A stretch of 64,000 nt of DNA. Source: Heterodontus francisci. Lineage: Eukaryota. The notes beneath the pieces are model-generated. The model did no database searches. It worked only from the letters and a program-made list of their open reading frames with translations, and was not told the origin of the DNA. The position numbers and the translations under genes were made by a program. Positions 1-13,699 of this stretch are shown here, in pieces; the stretch's first letter is position 1, and each line of letters opens with the position of its first letter. The stretch spans positions 13,741,344 through 13,805,343 of the forward strand of contig NC_090417.1 in assembly GCF_036365525.1 (NCBI RefSeq). The letters are read 5' to 3'.

Positions 1-469
1 GGACTTTGTGTGAGTTCAGATGCAGGCAGCAGAGTTGTTCATGAGCTCAAATTCATGGAGAGTGAAAAATGGTAGAGCAGAACATTGAAAAGATCATGTC
101 CAGACAGACATGCACATATCGTGTGACAGGCAGCCAAACAGAGGGTCCAGGAGGCGCAAACGTGTTGGGTACCCATTTGGTGCCAATCTGTCCAGAGATG
201 TATGGCGATTAGGAATGGAAATCTGATTGATTTTGCTTCCCCGTATCCTGAGGTCCAACTACTGCTCTGAGATGGGATTAGCTGACTCCGCACTGACCAG
301 GCATTGAATCAAAGCTTTCCGAGCTGGACAAGCTCAGCACCACGTCAGGCAATGACTTCTTATTGCCGAATACTGTATAACTTTAAAACTGGAGCAAGCT
401 TGTCAAAGTTCACAAAGAGAAATGAATGAAGACAGCAGAGCAGAAGGCTTTAAAATAAACAGCAGGGGC

Positions 470-740
470 CATAAATATATCAGTCGCTATGAAATCCACG
501 AGGGAATTCAGGAGAAACCTCTTTACCCAGAGAGTGGTGAGAAGGTGGAAATTTCTACCACAGGGAGTAATTGAGGTGAATAGGATCGATACATTTCCGG
601 GACACGCAGGAGGGAGGAAGGAACAGAAGGATATTTTGATAAAGTGAGATAGAGAGGCATGGCTAGAGGGAGGTTTGTGAAACATAAAGACTAGCACAGA
701 GCAGATGGGCTGAATGGCCTGTTTCTGCGCTATAAATATT
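470..740 (+). mobile_element. CR1 LINE 3' end fragment
   Basis: RRNLFTQRVVRRWKFLPQGV-like ORF2 C-terminus and gatgggctgaatggcct tail. Confidence 0.75.
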
Positions 741-1980
741 TGGGAATAAGAACTTGCCTTTACATTGTACCAGTTGCATGATACATGGAGATGCAGCACA
801 GGAGGAGACCATTCTGTCAGGAATTCATGCAAGAAAACCCTAAACCTCTTCACAGGGTGGAGTCAGGAGAATGGACACCAAGCAGGAAAAGGAGAGTTTA
901 GTCAAAGAGAGACTGCTTTGCAAGGATGAGAGAGCAAGGCAGAGAGGTTGAGGGAAGGAATGCTCAACAGGAGGACCTGGGTGGCTGAAGGTCACAGATG
1001 TCAGTGGTGGGTGAAGGAAAACCTGGAGGGTATGGATATACGCAAGAAGTCAGGGAAATGGAGCACGTGCAATAATTCTGTGACTGACGTATGCAACATT
1101 CTGGTTAAGACTGAACCACTGGATTAACAGTTAAGACTGTAACATCAGTATGTGCAAGCACACCGTCAGACTCACTGTATACTCCTGTAAGTGCTGTGTA
1201 CGCAAAAATGCACAACTGCAATAATATCTGAACAAGTGCAAAATTGGAACAAGGAAAGCTTTTCAAATGATGCAGCAGCAGTGTGTGTGAGCTGTGTAAG
1301 TAGGTCACTGATTGAGTACCTGGCTCTCTGCATGTTGCTGCAGTGAGATTTAACTTCCCACAGTCTCTCTCACCATGTACAGATGGGAAGTTCAGCTCCC
1401 AACTGTAACGCAACAAGTAAAATGTCAATTCATTGTCACACACCATTGTTACACGCTTCTCCTCTTTCCAGTCAGTTCTGTGTTGGAGCAGCACAGTCTG
1501 AGAACCTGAAACCTGATGAGACGCATAATTTCACTGCATCGTTTGAAGATTTGCAACAAGCAGCAACGCAGTTACACAATGCTCTCCAATTCCCTACTCC
1601 ACCATCCTGTTAAATACAGATTTCAGGGAATGACCAGACATACACAAGTTGTCAGCAAACCACAGCACTTTCAGCCATGGTGTAATCAGCCCTTCAGTGC
1701 ACAAACCTCATTAATTACAAATTTCTCCCCTTTCTTCCCCAAGCCCCCACCACTGACAGCACCCGCCGCCAAAGCTATCTCCAAGCAGGATTCCCCCTAG
1801 CCTTACACAGGAATTCAATGTGAACGTAGAGGGGAATCCTGTTGTAGGAAACCTGTTCCCTTATTTATCAAACTACCATTTCTAAACCACACCCAGCCAG
1901 GCAGTAACACAATCTAAAGATTCCAGATAGACAGAAGAAAGTAGGAATAGATTCAAAGATCAGACTGTCACCCACTGTAC

Positions 1981-2044
1981 CTATTCGCCCAGTGTCTGCT
2001 TTCAGGTTGAAATCCCAAACGTTCCGAGGTAGTTTAAGTGACAT
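1981..2044 (-). CDS. ARHGAP25: ARHGAP25 (Rho GTPase-activating protein 25), first coding exon; gene continues left out of the window
   Basis: Translates MSLKLPRNVWDFNLKADTGRI(G), matching the recalled ARHGAP25 N-terminus MSLKLPRNWDFNLK. Kozak-like AAACCATG start, phase-1 GT donor (G|GTACAG), 64 nt. Confidence 0.88.
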
Positions 2045-2599
2045 GGTTTGTCTCTTCTGAAAGACCAGCGACTTCTTGTCTTCAAGTTGCAAGCACTTCT
2101 CTTCTGTAAAGGCTGGTCCCCGACTCAGCCTTTGCAGATGTCTGCCAACCCACATCCTTGTTCCTGTGAAACCCAACTGTGACCAGACACGAACCCAGCA
2201 TGTGTACAAGATAGGAAGGTGGCAGTCCTGCTTTGTGTTTTAGTTCGTATTTAAAATGAAATGATTTGAGTGCGATCTCTGGGGCTTGCTTTTCCGAGCA
2301 TGTAGTTCTCAGTTCCACAGAAACAGCTGCCTGTTGCAATACCTTGAGAAAGTTGCAAAGAAAGTCAAGATTCTTTGTACAAAGAGTGAAGTGGGCGTTT
2401 GTTTCACATCACTGGAGGAAGAGGAGTAGATTTGATCTTAGCAGCTCCATGTGTGAAGCAGAGTGTACTGTGTGTGTGTCGCGTCACCGACGCATTCAAA
2501 TGTTCTTCATTGATTGGTGCCTGTCTCCTGACTCTCATGTCAAATTTCAGAATGATGCCACAAATAATACTGAACGTTAACCAAAGTACAATTGGAACA

Positions 2600-3170
2600 G
2601 TATGATGGAGGGAAGAGAACAGGTCACTGTGACCTATCCCATACACTCGTTGGCCCCCAGCTGGACTGTTGTGTCCAATTCTGGGTACCAGACTTCAGAA
2701 AGGATGGGAATATTGCAGAGAGGGCACAGAGGTCCACTGGAATGATTCTGGGCATGAGGGATTACAGTTATGTGCATAGACTGGAGACATTTTGGTTTAT
2801 CTCCTTGTGGTTGAGAAGGCTAAGAGGAGATTTGATACAGGTGTTTAAAATCATGAAAGGTTGACATCGAGTTTCCAACAGCTGAGGCTTGATAAGCAAC
2901 TGGCAAAGATTTAAGGTCATTTGCAAAAGAATCAGAGGAGACATCCACAAGTGGTTTGGATTTGGAATATGCTGCCTGATCAGCTGGTGACACAGATTCA
3001 ATAAGAGCCTTCAAAATGGAACTGGATCAATACTTGAAGGAGAAAAATATTGCAGGGATTTGGAGAAAGAGAAGGAGAATGGGAATCACTGGATTGTACT
3101 GCAAAGGACTGTAGCAGGCTTGATGGGCTGAATGGCCTCCTTCTGTGCTGTACGAGTCGATGATGCTATG
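2600..3170 (+). mobile_element. CR1 LINE 3' fragment
   Basis: PQLDCCVQFW...[16 protein letters not shown]; typical 3' tail. Confidence 0.8.
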
Positions 3171-3559
3171 ATGCTGAGATTGATGGGCACATCCAGTGTC
3201 ATCCAATTCCAGTCAGTCCGTCCGACTCACTCCAAGCAGCAAGCAGGCTTTCAGAACATTCATCAACCTGATTTTGATCTAACTTGAATTGCAAGCCCTT
3301 ACCTTTTTACTCTCAGCTGAATTAGGATTCTGTCAACATTCACTTCCAAATTCTGGATCAACAGGGAGGCTGAACTGTCAGCCCTGATGGCTTAGTTCCA
3401 GGATGGGAAGCCCAAATTTTAATAGTTTGTTGAATATCACTTCAATTTGGGCTCAGTTGGAAAGATCTGTTTCCTGCCTTGCACCAGGTGTAGGAACAAG
3501 AGGGCACTGCATCCCTTGACCCTCTTCAAGGTTCAGCCTCGTCAAAGTGCATGGGAGCC

Positions 3560-4380
3560 AGTTTATTTCACAGAAACCACTCTGCACGCTGGAGGTAATC
3601 ACTCTTGACACTCAATCAGACCAAAGTCTTGATCTTCCATCCCTGCCGCAAACTCCCTTCCCACCGATTCCAAAGCCATGCTGGCCCTTTGACTCGAGCT
3701 GAACCAGACTGTGCGCAATCTTGCCATCCTCTTTGACCCTGAGCTGAGTTTCCGATCCGAGATCCACTCCGTCACAAAGATTGTCACCTTTTTCCTCCTT
3801 CATATCACCCATCTCTGCCCCTGCCTCAGCTCACCTGCTGCTGAAGCCCTCAGCCATGCTTTTGTCACCCCCAGCACTCTCCGAGTTACTCTCACTTCTT
3901 CCACTCTCAGTAAACTTGAGTTCATCCCAAATTATACTGCCTGTATCCTAACTCCTATCAACTCCTATTTCCCCCTGCACTTCACTGACGAACATTGGCT
4001 CATAGTTCACCAACATCTCAATTTTGAAATTCTCGTCCTCTATGGCCTCGCTCCTCACTAACATGTAACTTCCTCCAGTCTAACAATGCGAGAAGAATTC
4101 TGTGTTCCTCCAGTCCTGACCCGTTGTGCATTCCCCATTTCCTTTACCCCACGATCAGCTGCCTTGGCCCAAAGTTATGGAATTCCCTCTCTGAACCTCT
4201 CAGCCACTCGAGCTCTCTCTCTCTCCTCATCCTTTAAGACCCTCCTTAAAATCTGTCTCTTCGACCAAGTTTTTCGTCACTCCTCTTATTATCTCCTTCT
4301 TTGGCTCAGTACCTCTGTGTATCACCTTGTGGTGTTTTACTGTCTTAAAGGTGCTGACATAAATGGAAGTTGTTGCAGTA
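3560..4380 (+). mobile_element. L2-clade LINE 3' fragment
   Basis: VRNLAILFDPELSFRSEI...EALSHAFVT and FKTLLKICLFDQ, typical of the L2 ORF2 C-terminus. Confidence 0.75.
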
Positions 4381-4748
4381 ACATATGACAGTACAGATGG
4401 ATGAAATGAGGAGATTGCCACTCAGCAGAATGAGCCCTGTTGATTATGATAGTGCTGCATCCTGACACGAGCCAAAAGACTGAACCAAAAACTTTTCTCC
4501 AGCCGTTGTCTCCCAACTGTGTCCAAACTGCACCTCACTGACACAAAGATCTCACTTCACGTGACTCATGGATATTAACTGATCTTCCAGTCACTTAGGT
4601 ACCATATCAAAATAAAAAAAAACAAGATCAGGCAACAAGAAAAGCCGTATCTTCGCAACATCTAACTTCATGTACATCGTACAAATGTCCAAGAGTGAAT
4701 CCTTCAGTTAGAACCAGGGAGTGAGTCACAGATATCAACTTTACCTCA

Positions 4749-4988
4749 CATCTGAACCCCTCCATTAGATTCCAGTCTGTAACTCACTCCCGTGTATCCG
4801 TTATTCGATATATAAACCATCTGAACCCCTCGATTAGATTCCAGTCTGTAACTCACTCCCGGGTATCCATTATTCTACATATAAACCATCTGAACCCCTC
4901 GATTAGATTCAGTCTGTAACTCACTCCCGGGTATCCATTATTCTATATATAAACCATCCGAACCCCTCGATTAGATTCCAGTCTGTAC
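4749..4988. repeat. Tandem repeat, 68-69 bp unit, about 3.5 copies
   Basis: Unit catctgaacccctcgattagattccagtctgtaactcactcccgggtatccattattctatatataaac starts at 4749, 4818, 4887 and 4955. Confidence 0.9.
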
Positions 4989-6039
4989 CTTTGTCCCATC
5001 ATTAAGCTGTTACTCATAATTGCATCTGTTGCTGAGGCCATAACAATCACAGATTCCCCTGTCTTCCTAATATGGTCTAATGGGAGTTTTGCCATAAATG
5101 GCTTGGAGTGTCGGCACTAGAATCTGTCGTTTTTGACCCTGAGGTCAGGGACTTGTACTCGCTGCATAAGTGGCCTTGCAGAAGTGAATGTTTTCGGGAA
5201 TGGAAAACATTGGGAACACCTGTTTGCTAGACCCCACCCATTTCAGCTCAACACCAGAATGACAGCTGTTTATGTTTGAGCTTTGCTGGCAGTAGCAAAC
5301 AACGTCCACTGTGCAGATCATTCTGTCCCTGGAAAAAGACATGTTGGGAAGAGAAGTGGGAGAAACGGTAAATCTGCTTGCCATTTATCCCACTGCTGCT
5401 TCTCCTGAAGGCACTATCTCTTTCTCGACTGTGGTTGTTTGGGCACTGGCCAGCCTCCTGAACTTCACCCATCTGACTATTCTCAAGTGCGTGCCCGGAC
5501 AGTATGGTCAGCTGTTCGTCTGTGACGGCCACGACATCTGAGATCTATCCTGCACTTAAGCAACGTCCACACAAAATGGACCTTCTGCCAGTATTCACTG
5601 ATAGACATCAGGTTCGGGAAGCCTGTCTGGGTGTCTGAGAAGTTGACCTGTACTAGCTCTACATGGACAGGGCATCTAAGCTGACTCGTTTGCACATTGG
5701 GAAGTGCATGAATAAGCCAACGGAGTGTCGTAAAATGTATATTTGTTGAAGGACTTTGAGCGTTAGAGGTAATAAACACCAATGTGTGATTCCGAAGCAC
5801 AATTCTCCACACCCTGGGACAGTTGAGTTTTGAGGCCTGGGGTTGGATTGTCATTCCATCGGGAACCCGATGTCCGGAAGATTTCAGAGTTCTGACCCCT
5901 CTCTGTTTAAACTGAAACATCGCCCAGTAATTTAAGTAATGGGTATCTATTCCATTTTTAAAAATAAGTTTGGTAAACTGCCCAAGACACAGTGTATCGT
6001 ATCATGAGAAGTTGCTATCAAGGTTACATGGAATTACAC

Positions 6040-6480
6040 AGAATTTGCAGCAAAGAAACAGACCATTCAGCCCTACAGGTCCATTCTGGTCTTCATGCTA
6101 CACACAAACCTCCTCCCACCTCAGTTCACTTTGCCCGAACCACATAACCCACTATTCCTTTCTCCCTCATGTGTTCATCCAGTGTCCCCTTAAATGCGTC
6201 TACGCCATTCACTTCAACTAGTCTCTGTGGTGGTGAGTTCCACTTTCTCACCACTCTCTGGATAAAGAAGTTTCTCCTGAATTCCTGATTGGATTTGAGT
6301 GACTATCTTATATTGATGGTCACTAGTTTTGGACTCCCCGACAAGTGGAGACATTTTCTTCCATGTCTACTCTGTCAAAACCTTTTCATAATTTTGAAGA
6401 CCTCAGTCGAACCCCCAACCAGTTTTCTCATTTCGAGAGAAAAGAGTCCCAGCCTGTTCATCCTTCCCTGATGCATTTGA
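6040..6480 (-). mobile_element. CR1 LINE 3' fragment
   Basis: RLGLFSLEMRKL...EVFKIMK on the minus strand. Confidence 0.75.
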
Positions 6481-6494
6481 CCTCGTAGTTCTGC

Positions 6495-7170
6495 TATCAT
6501 CCTTGGCAAGTAACATTTGCGCCACACAAGTGCCAGGCAATGACTATCTCCAACAAGAAAGAATCTAACCATCTCCCCTTGACATTCAATGGCATTCCCA
6601 TTGCTGAATCCCCCACTGTCAACATCCTGGGGGCTACCATTGACCAGGAGCTGAACTGGAGTAGCCATATAAATACCGTGGCGACAAGAGCAGGTCAGAG
6701 GCTAGGAATCCTGAGGTGAGTAACTCACCTCCTGACTCCCCAAAGCCTGTCCACCATCTACAAGGCACAAGTAAGGAGTGTGATGGAATACTCTCCACTT
6801 GCCTGGATGGGTGCAGCTCCAACAACACTCAAGAAGCTCGACACCATCCAGGATAAAGCAGCCCGCTTGATTGGCACACTATGCACAAACATTCACTCCC
6901 TCCACCGCTGACGTGGTGCACTGCAGCAACGCACCAAGACTCCTTTGACAGCACCTTCCAAACCCGCGACCTCTACCACCTCGAAGGACAAGGGCAGCAA
7001 ATACATGGGAACACCACCACCTGCAAATTCCCCGCCAAGTCACACACCATCCTGACGTGGAACGATATCACCGTTCCTTCACTGTCACTGGGTCAAAATC
7101 CTGGAACTCCCTCCCTGACAGCACTGTGGGTGTACCTACCCCACATGGACTGCAGCAGTTCAAGAAGGCG
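6495..7170 (+). mobile_element. CR1-group LINE 3' fragment, second family
   Basis: LGATIDQELNWSSHI...[17 protein letters not shown]-like ORF2 remnant; a similar inverted copy lies at about 52940-53310. Confidence 0.7.
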
Positions 7171-7562
7171 GGATTAATTCAGGGCAAGGATGTCGGTGTT
7201 TTTGGTCTAACCGTCTTCTCCTGGTCTGAAAAAAAAATCATTCTCTTCCCAAAAATGTCACCCCAGCCTCAGTCAGTTGTGACGGTACCACAGTGCCCAG
7301 TCTGTGGTCAATGTCACCTGAACTGTGGGGCTCTCTGGTGGCAATGAGACGTTCCATCAAATATCCCCCCAGAAAAACTGAAACAACAAAATATCATTTG
7401 TAGTCGCAATGCAACGGAAATCAGAATCCTTTGTGTTCAAGGCAGATGGTTGTCGTTTCCCCGCTTATTTCCAGCTCCGTTTTTTACATTTATTGAATGG
7501 TTGGCACCATCTAGTGGTGCTTTTCTGGTTCCAAATTGGAGTCCATTCCAACTACTTGAGAC

Positions 7563-7871
7563 CAGTGGTTTCTCAACCGGGGTCCCTTGACACTTTCCAG
7601 AGGGTCCGTGAATAGAGTGTGGGCGCCACTTTGGGTGGGCTGGCTGTCTCGCCTGGGAGGGAGCTCCTCTGAAGAAGAACTGCCTGCAGCACTAAATGCA
7701 ATACCTGTTATCTTAAAAGTATCATTAAAACAATCTTTACATGCTTCAGTTCATGTTATAAGTTTAATATAGTGTTATAATTAGCTGGGGGTGTGGGGGA
7801 GGGGCGGGGATCCATTACTACTAATCTATTTGAAAAGGGGTCCTTTAACCAAAAACGTTGGAGGGCCACTG
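7563..7871. mobile_element. hAT/Charlie-like non-autonomous DNA transposon (MITE)
   Basis: Imperfect terminal inverted repeats CAGTGGTTTCTCAACC...GTTGGAGGGCCACTG with subterminal GGGTCC motifs; TSD degenerate. Confidence 0.6.
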
Positions 7872-7959
7872 TTATAGTCAGCTTTGCTTCTCATTGAGAA
7901 ACCCAACGAAAGGCCAAAGAACCTGAGCAAGTTGGAGCAGAAGTGGCAGCTAGGTGATG

Positions 7960-9290
7960 CCAACCCTGAATTTTAAGGGACTGTTGAAGGAAGGAGTTCC
8001 CCAGTTTTTGAGGTTTTGCAAAAAAGAGACTGTCGGGTCCAAGAGTGTGAAGGATGATGATCTATTAATCAAGAAATTATTGGAGCTTGGAGCAAAGGCA
8101 ATGTGATAATTGTGGGGGGGCTTCAATCTTCACAAAGACTGGACCAGTCAAATTGACAAAGGTGCTCGAGAAGGCTGGTTTGCAGACTCCTTTCATGACA
8201 CCAACAAAGAATAACTATTGTGGATCCAGCACTTTGCAATGATGCAGGGTTAATTCCGAATCTCATAGTTCAAGATCCACCAGGAAAAGGTGATCGGAAG
8301 GTCATAGAATTCCAGATTTGAAAGAGAAATACTCCAGTCCCAAACAAGAATCTGAAACTTAAACAACGCCAATCGTTAGGTATGAGAGGAGAGCTGGCGA
8401 AAGTAAATGGACTAAAAGTTATGGCGGTTAATGAACAGTGGGAAACATTGAAAGAAACAATTCTAAATATTCAGCAAAAGGGGAAAAAATAGAATCGGCA
8501 AGTAAACTCGCCAGGAATATGAAAACAGAATGTCAGAGTTTTTGCAAGTAGATAAAAATGAGAGTAGCTAAAGTTAACATTGGTCCCTTGGAGGCAAAGA
8601 CAGGAGAAATTATTATGGGAATGAGGAAACGACAGAGACAAGGAACAAATATTTTGTGACTGTCTTCACAGTAGAAGACACAAGTTACATTCCAGAAAAT
8701 AGAGTGAGGAAATCAAGGGAATGAATATGAGCAGATACAAGGACTGCAGAAAGGTGAGGAAAAAAGTAAAATCCAACAAATCCCCAGCACCTGATGACCT
8801 ACATCCGAGGGTTTGAAAGGAGGTAGCTGCAGCGATCATGGGTGCATTGATAATGATTTTCCAAAATATCCGAGGTTCTGGAGCAGTCGCAGTGGATTGG
8901 AAGCGAGCAAATGTAACACCACTATTCAAGAAAGAAGTGATAGAGAAAACAGGGAACCAAGGACAGTTAGCCTGACAGCAGTCGTTGGCAAAGTGTTGGA
9001 ATCTATGATGAAGGAATTAATAATGCACTTCGAGTATCATAGCATGATCAGACAAAGTCAACATGGTTTTGTGAAAGGGAAATCATGTTTGACAAATTTA
9101 TCAGAGTTTGTTGCGGATGTGACAAGCAGGGTACATAAAGGGGAGTCAGTAGATGTAGGATACTTGGATTTTCAAAAGGCATTCAATAAGGTGCCACACA
9201 AAAGATGAATACACATGAAAAGGGCTTGTGGAGTTGGGGGTAATATATTTGCATGGATAGAGGATTGGTTAATGGAGAGGAAGCAAAGAT
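7960..9290 (+). mobile_element. CR1 LINE ORF2 fragment (endonuclease to RT), decayed
   Basis: IIVGGFN; VSLTAVVGKVLES...SQHGFVKGKSCLTNL...[15 protein letters not shown]. Confidence 0.85.
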
Positions 9291-9600
9291 GATGGACATG
9301 CAGCAAACAACCCATTTCGGTGGGGTGTCTTCTCTTGGTACACCATTGCTGATGGCTGTGAAGGCCAATCCTTGAGAGGCAGGTTCTGCCAGAAGTGCTG
9401 CACATGAAGCTGCCACGTGACGCTGTGAATTGTTTTTGACGTTAGTGCCCGTTGCCAAGCTGTTGGAAGCACTGGTGGTCATGGTCGAGCACACCAGTTC
9501 ACAGGATGTGTCGCCATTTCTCTCTTTCATCAGCTAGTGACTCCCAGGTGTGACAGTCGACATTGAGGACCTTGGTGTCACACTTGCAAGCATGGTTGTG
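9290..9600 (-). mobile_element. RTE-clade (BovB-like) LINE 3' fragment
   Basis: WESLADEREKWR...CSTSGRTCLSRIGLHSHQ, the C-terminal zinc-finger-like motif of RTE elements. Confidence 0.7.
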
Positions 9601-10269
9601 AAACATGGGTAACTTCCAGCTACGATTCAAGTACATCCCATTAATCTCGACATCTCTGCAAAGCGTCATAAGCTCTGTGATTTACCAGGGCAAGATCTCC
9701 TGGTAGATGGAGGAAGAAATGGGAAGATAATTTCACTTTTGACTTTTTCTCTGTCAGCGGCTTTAAGTCAAACACGTTTTAGCAGAAGGAACACGGAGAG
9801 GAAAACACAACATCCACTCCAGCACACAAACAGGTCAGTCCGACCAACTGGTGTACATGGCTCACACAAGTCTCCTGCCATCTTACTTCATGTAACACTT
9901 ATCAACATATCCTTCTATTCCTTTCTCCCTCATCTATTTAACTTTCTCTTCAAATGTACTGATGCTCTTCACCTCAACCGCTCCAGGCCAGTTCCACATT
10001 CTCACCACTCTCTTGGTCAAGGAGTTTCTGCTGAATTCCTGACTGGATTTATCAGGGATGATCTTGTATTTATGGTTCCCAGTTTTAGACTCCCTGGTAA
10101 GTGGAAACACCTCTATTGAAGCCCTTCAGAATTTTAGATCAGGTCACCTTCAGTCTTCTGTTTCCCACACTGTTCAGTCTTTGCTGTCATGCTTCGTCTT
10201 TCTTTTCACTTTCTCCGATCCTCTTTCTAACTTTTATCATATGGAGACCAGAACTGTACACGTAATGCC

Positions 10270-10975
10270 CAGTAGATTAAAAAAACCCCGGTCCAGACAG
10301 ATTACATGCTCTCATTTTAAAAGGGAAGAGATATCAGAGGCATTACGACACATTATTAATAATTCATTGGAGAAAGATGTCGTGCCAGAGACTGTTGGAC
10401 AGCTCACATTATATCTATATTTCAGAAGGGAGATGGAACCATATCCAGGGAACTATAGGCAGCTGTGGTTGGGAAAATATCTTTACTAATCTTTACTAAA
10501 GGAGATCATAAGAATATCTAGAAACCAAAAATATAATGATGAATAAATAGTCAGTCGAGATTTCACAAGGGAAAGTCTTGCTTGAACAACAGAGTTGAAT
10601 TTTTTGAAGAGCACAGACGAGGGTAATGTAATTTATCTAGATTTTGGATCAGGTACCACGTGATCGACTCATGAATCAGGTTACCGAATGCAGAGTCAGG
10701 GGGACAAGTAGCAGAATGATGAGTTAGCCAACTGCAAGACAGACTGTCGGGGTAAAGTGTTGTGATTTGGAACGGCAGAAGGTGGGAAGTGGCATTCCAT
10801 AAGAATCAGTTTCCACCTTTGGAATAAAAAACTCAATTTCTAACTTTGCAGATGACACCAAATTGGGGGGGGGGGGGGGAATGGGGGTCAACACGGAGGA
10901 AGACTGTGACAAATTACAAGAAGTCAACAAATGTGCAGAATGGGCAAAAAATGGCAAATGAATTTCAACATGGAT
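10270..10975 (+). mobile_element. CR1 RT fragment
   Basis: PGNYR, FHKGKSCL and FADDTKLG remnants; same subfamily as 20450-21000. Confidence 0.75.
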
Positions 10976-11269
10976 TATATTTTGACAACAGCATCATATG
11001 AATGTGTTAAGCATCTACAAGCTGGCTTGTCAATCAGTTTTCAAAAACAATTTGGTGTGTCCCATGATAATTCCCATTCTCGAATGAAATATTACACAAA
11101 AATTCAGGAGTAACTCAACCTAAAACTGAAGTTGTCTGCTTTGCACGCTCCCCATGAAGGTACTGAACTGAACTGGCATTGGACAACGAATGGATCCCAG
11201 AGATTGGTTAAACCAGAGGATGACAGAGATTGGACAAGTGTTAGTGCATTGTAGAACATCAATTATTGT

Positions 11270-12307
11270 AATCGAAGGAAACTCACAGGGTTTTATAACA
11301 CTCTGTGTGATCAAGGTGAAACTTGTTTAACTGGACGGGTCAAACCGTGACATCACAGAGCAAGTCTGACCCTCACACTGTACATCACAGTGAGATCAGA
11401 CATCACAATCGGTTTGTAAACTGATTTAAATTGAGGCTGGAGGCTGCTCGAGCAGTTTGAGTGAAGGAAAGGGAGCTGCACTGACCGTAACTAACTAACT
11501 GATCTGTCTCAGAGTGAATGTGGTCGGGGAGAAGATCTGAGCAGCTTCACATTTCGCAGAGATCACAAGCAATGTAAATATCATCAGCCAGCTGATCAGA
11601 CAGAAGGTTGAGAGGTTTGAAAAGTTTCTCTGAACCTGTTTATTTTGTAGCATTGTGAAAGTTAGCCGAGTATTATGATTGATATCGGGAGATGATTAGA
11701 GTTCATTTTGTTATTGGTGGATCTCCCATGGCATTGCTCACAGGTAGTCTGGAACCTGGTTAATGATGGTGACTGATTCCCCACCCTCAGCTCTCTCATT
11801 GACCACCAGCTACTCCCAACCCTCCAGCTTGGTCCTCACTCCCTGTTCTGTAAATGTTGACAACTACCGCCCATTAGCAGATCTCCCATGGCATTGCCTG
11901 GGATAGACTGGAGGGTGGGCAAGAGTCACAAATATTTACTGGGTGCCACCAGTAACAGGGGTATTAACAATCCAGACAATGGCATCACTGTCCATCACCC
12001 ATGTCCCTGTTCTGAGAGTCATAAATACCTGGAATCGAAGTAAACTCCAAGAGTTTTGTTACACTCTGTTTGATCAAGGTGAGACTTGTTTAACTGGACG
12101 GGTCAAACTGTGACATCACAGAGCAAGTCTGACCCTCACACTGAACATCACAGTGAGATCAGACATCACAATCGGTTTGTAAACTGATTTAAATTGAGGC
12201 TGGAGGCTGTACGAGCAGTTTGAGTGAAGGAAAGGGAGCTGCACTGACCGTAACCAACTGGCTGATCTGTCTCGCAGTGAAGGTGGTCGGGGAGAAGATC
12301 TGAGCAG
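11270..12307. repeat. Direct duplication of about 275 bp (11270-11544 and 12033-12307, offset 763)
   Basis: Two high-identity copies of ...gatcaaggtgaaacttgtttaactggacgggtcaa...ggggagaagatctgagcag. Confidence 0.9.
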
Positions 12308-13699
12308 TTTTGTGATGGAGAAGACAGTGAACTCAGAGAGGGGAGGGAGGAAGAAAACCTTCACAAGATGGTGTGACTGACAGAGCCAGCTATTGGAGCA
12401 AATAGGTACGTTATCAATCCCTTCCATTCTTTGGTGCTGGAGGTAACATGGTCTGTAGGTAGTCATGTCTTCCAGGGGGTGAGGGAAGGTAATGGTCCTG
12501 TTAAACAGATCATGGAAATATTGCTCGAGTTCCGTTCCGAAAAAGTTTAGATCTTATTTAAAACTGTAAAAAATCTGGAGCTCAGTCTCGGCCTCAGTCA
12601 ATGATACTGAAGGTATCGGTTAGAAACACTTGTCCCAAGTATTTCTGCTGTCCTCTGACCTCATCAATCCCTCGCTCCATGCCAAGGCCCTCCTCCCAGG
12701 TCAGATGCCTCAGGTACTGCCCTCTAAAAGCCTCTCATTGTGTCAGATAAGCTCCTGGTGCCAGTGACCCTGGATCACCTGATGGTATTGCAGCCATTCT
12801 GGAGCTTCACTCTGATTCTGGAGAAGGAATCAACTGATTGACTCCAGAATCTTTAATACTCAGCTAACATCAGAATCTGTGGCCAGGAACATCAGCAGAA
12901 AAGAGACACGTCCATAAGTAATGGTGCACTCTGAATCTGCATTCAGCATTTCCAGGTTAAATGGTTTAACTAGCAGTGGAACTAGAAAATGTCTAGAGAT
13001 GTCTCGTTACAATCCAGTGATTCTGATCTGTTTTTTTCTTCTTCTTCCAGACATACATGGTTGGTGTCAGGATGCGCAAGAGGAAATTTCCATCAAATTA
13101 CTCACAGACTGAAGAAGGTTGAGTATCAAAAGCACAAAGAACAAGTGCATCACGACACAACACAATAACAAGCAGCACATCCTGCCCCAAACCAACTCTA
13201 AATACCACAAAGGAGGGAGCAGTGTCCCTGAAATTCTCCTCACCCCATCCCTCTGTGTTCCATCCATTTCTCAGTGCCAACTCCACATCTTTTCATTTGT
13301 TGGTTTAATTTGACGGCCAATAACAACCCAGCCACTGGTCCATCTAGACACTCCTCCAACGACTGGAGGTGGTGTGAAACCGACTCTCTCTCCCTTCTGG
13401 TTTATTTCCCATTCCCACCAGGTCTATCATCCACACCAGCTCCTCCTAGATTTACTTTGACATCTATTTTTAATTGTTCATTTGGAAATTTGCCCCACAC
13501 CCTCTTCCCCATCTTAGCCCCCAGGCTGGACCTTCACATCCAGCCCTCATGTCCCCGCATCGGCATCAAGCAGTAACCCTGCTCCAACTCCAGGTTCAGT
13601 TTGATATTGCTCAGGACTAACTGCACTGGCACTGGCTAGGACCCAGTCCGTACAGTCAGCTCTGACCAATATCGGCTGGAGCTCCACCTTGGGACTGAA

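Noticed and set aside
1176-1333. Alternative ARHGAP25 first exon (MQRARYSISDLL...) ending at GTGAGT
   Set aside because: Donor is phase 2 while the recognised exon 1 is phase 1; no recognisable homology.
4749-4988. 69-bp tandem repeat as a functional array
   Set aside because: Near-identical units without spacers; looks like an ordinary dispersed minisatellite.
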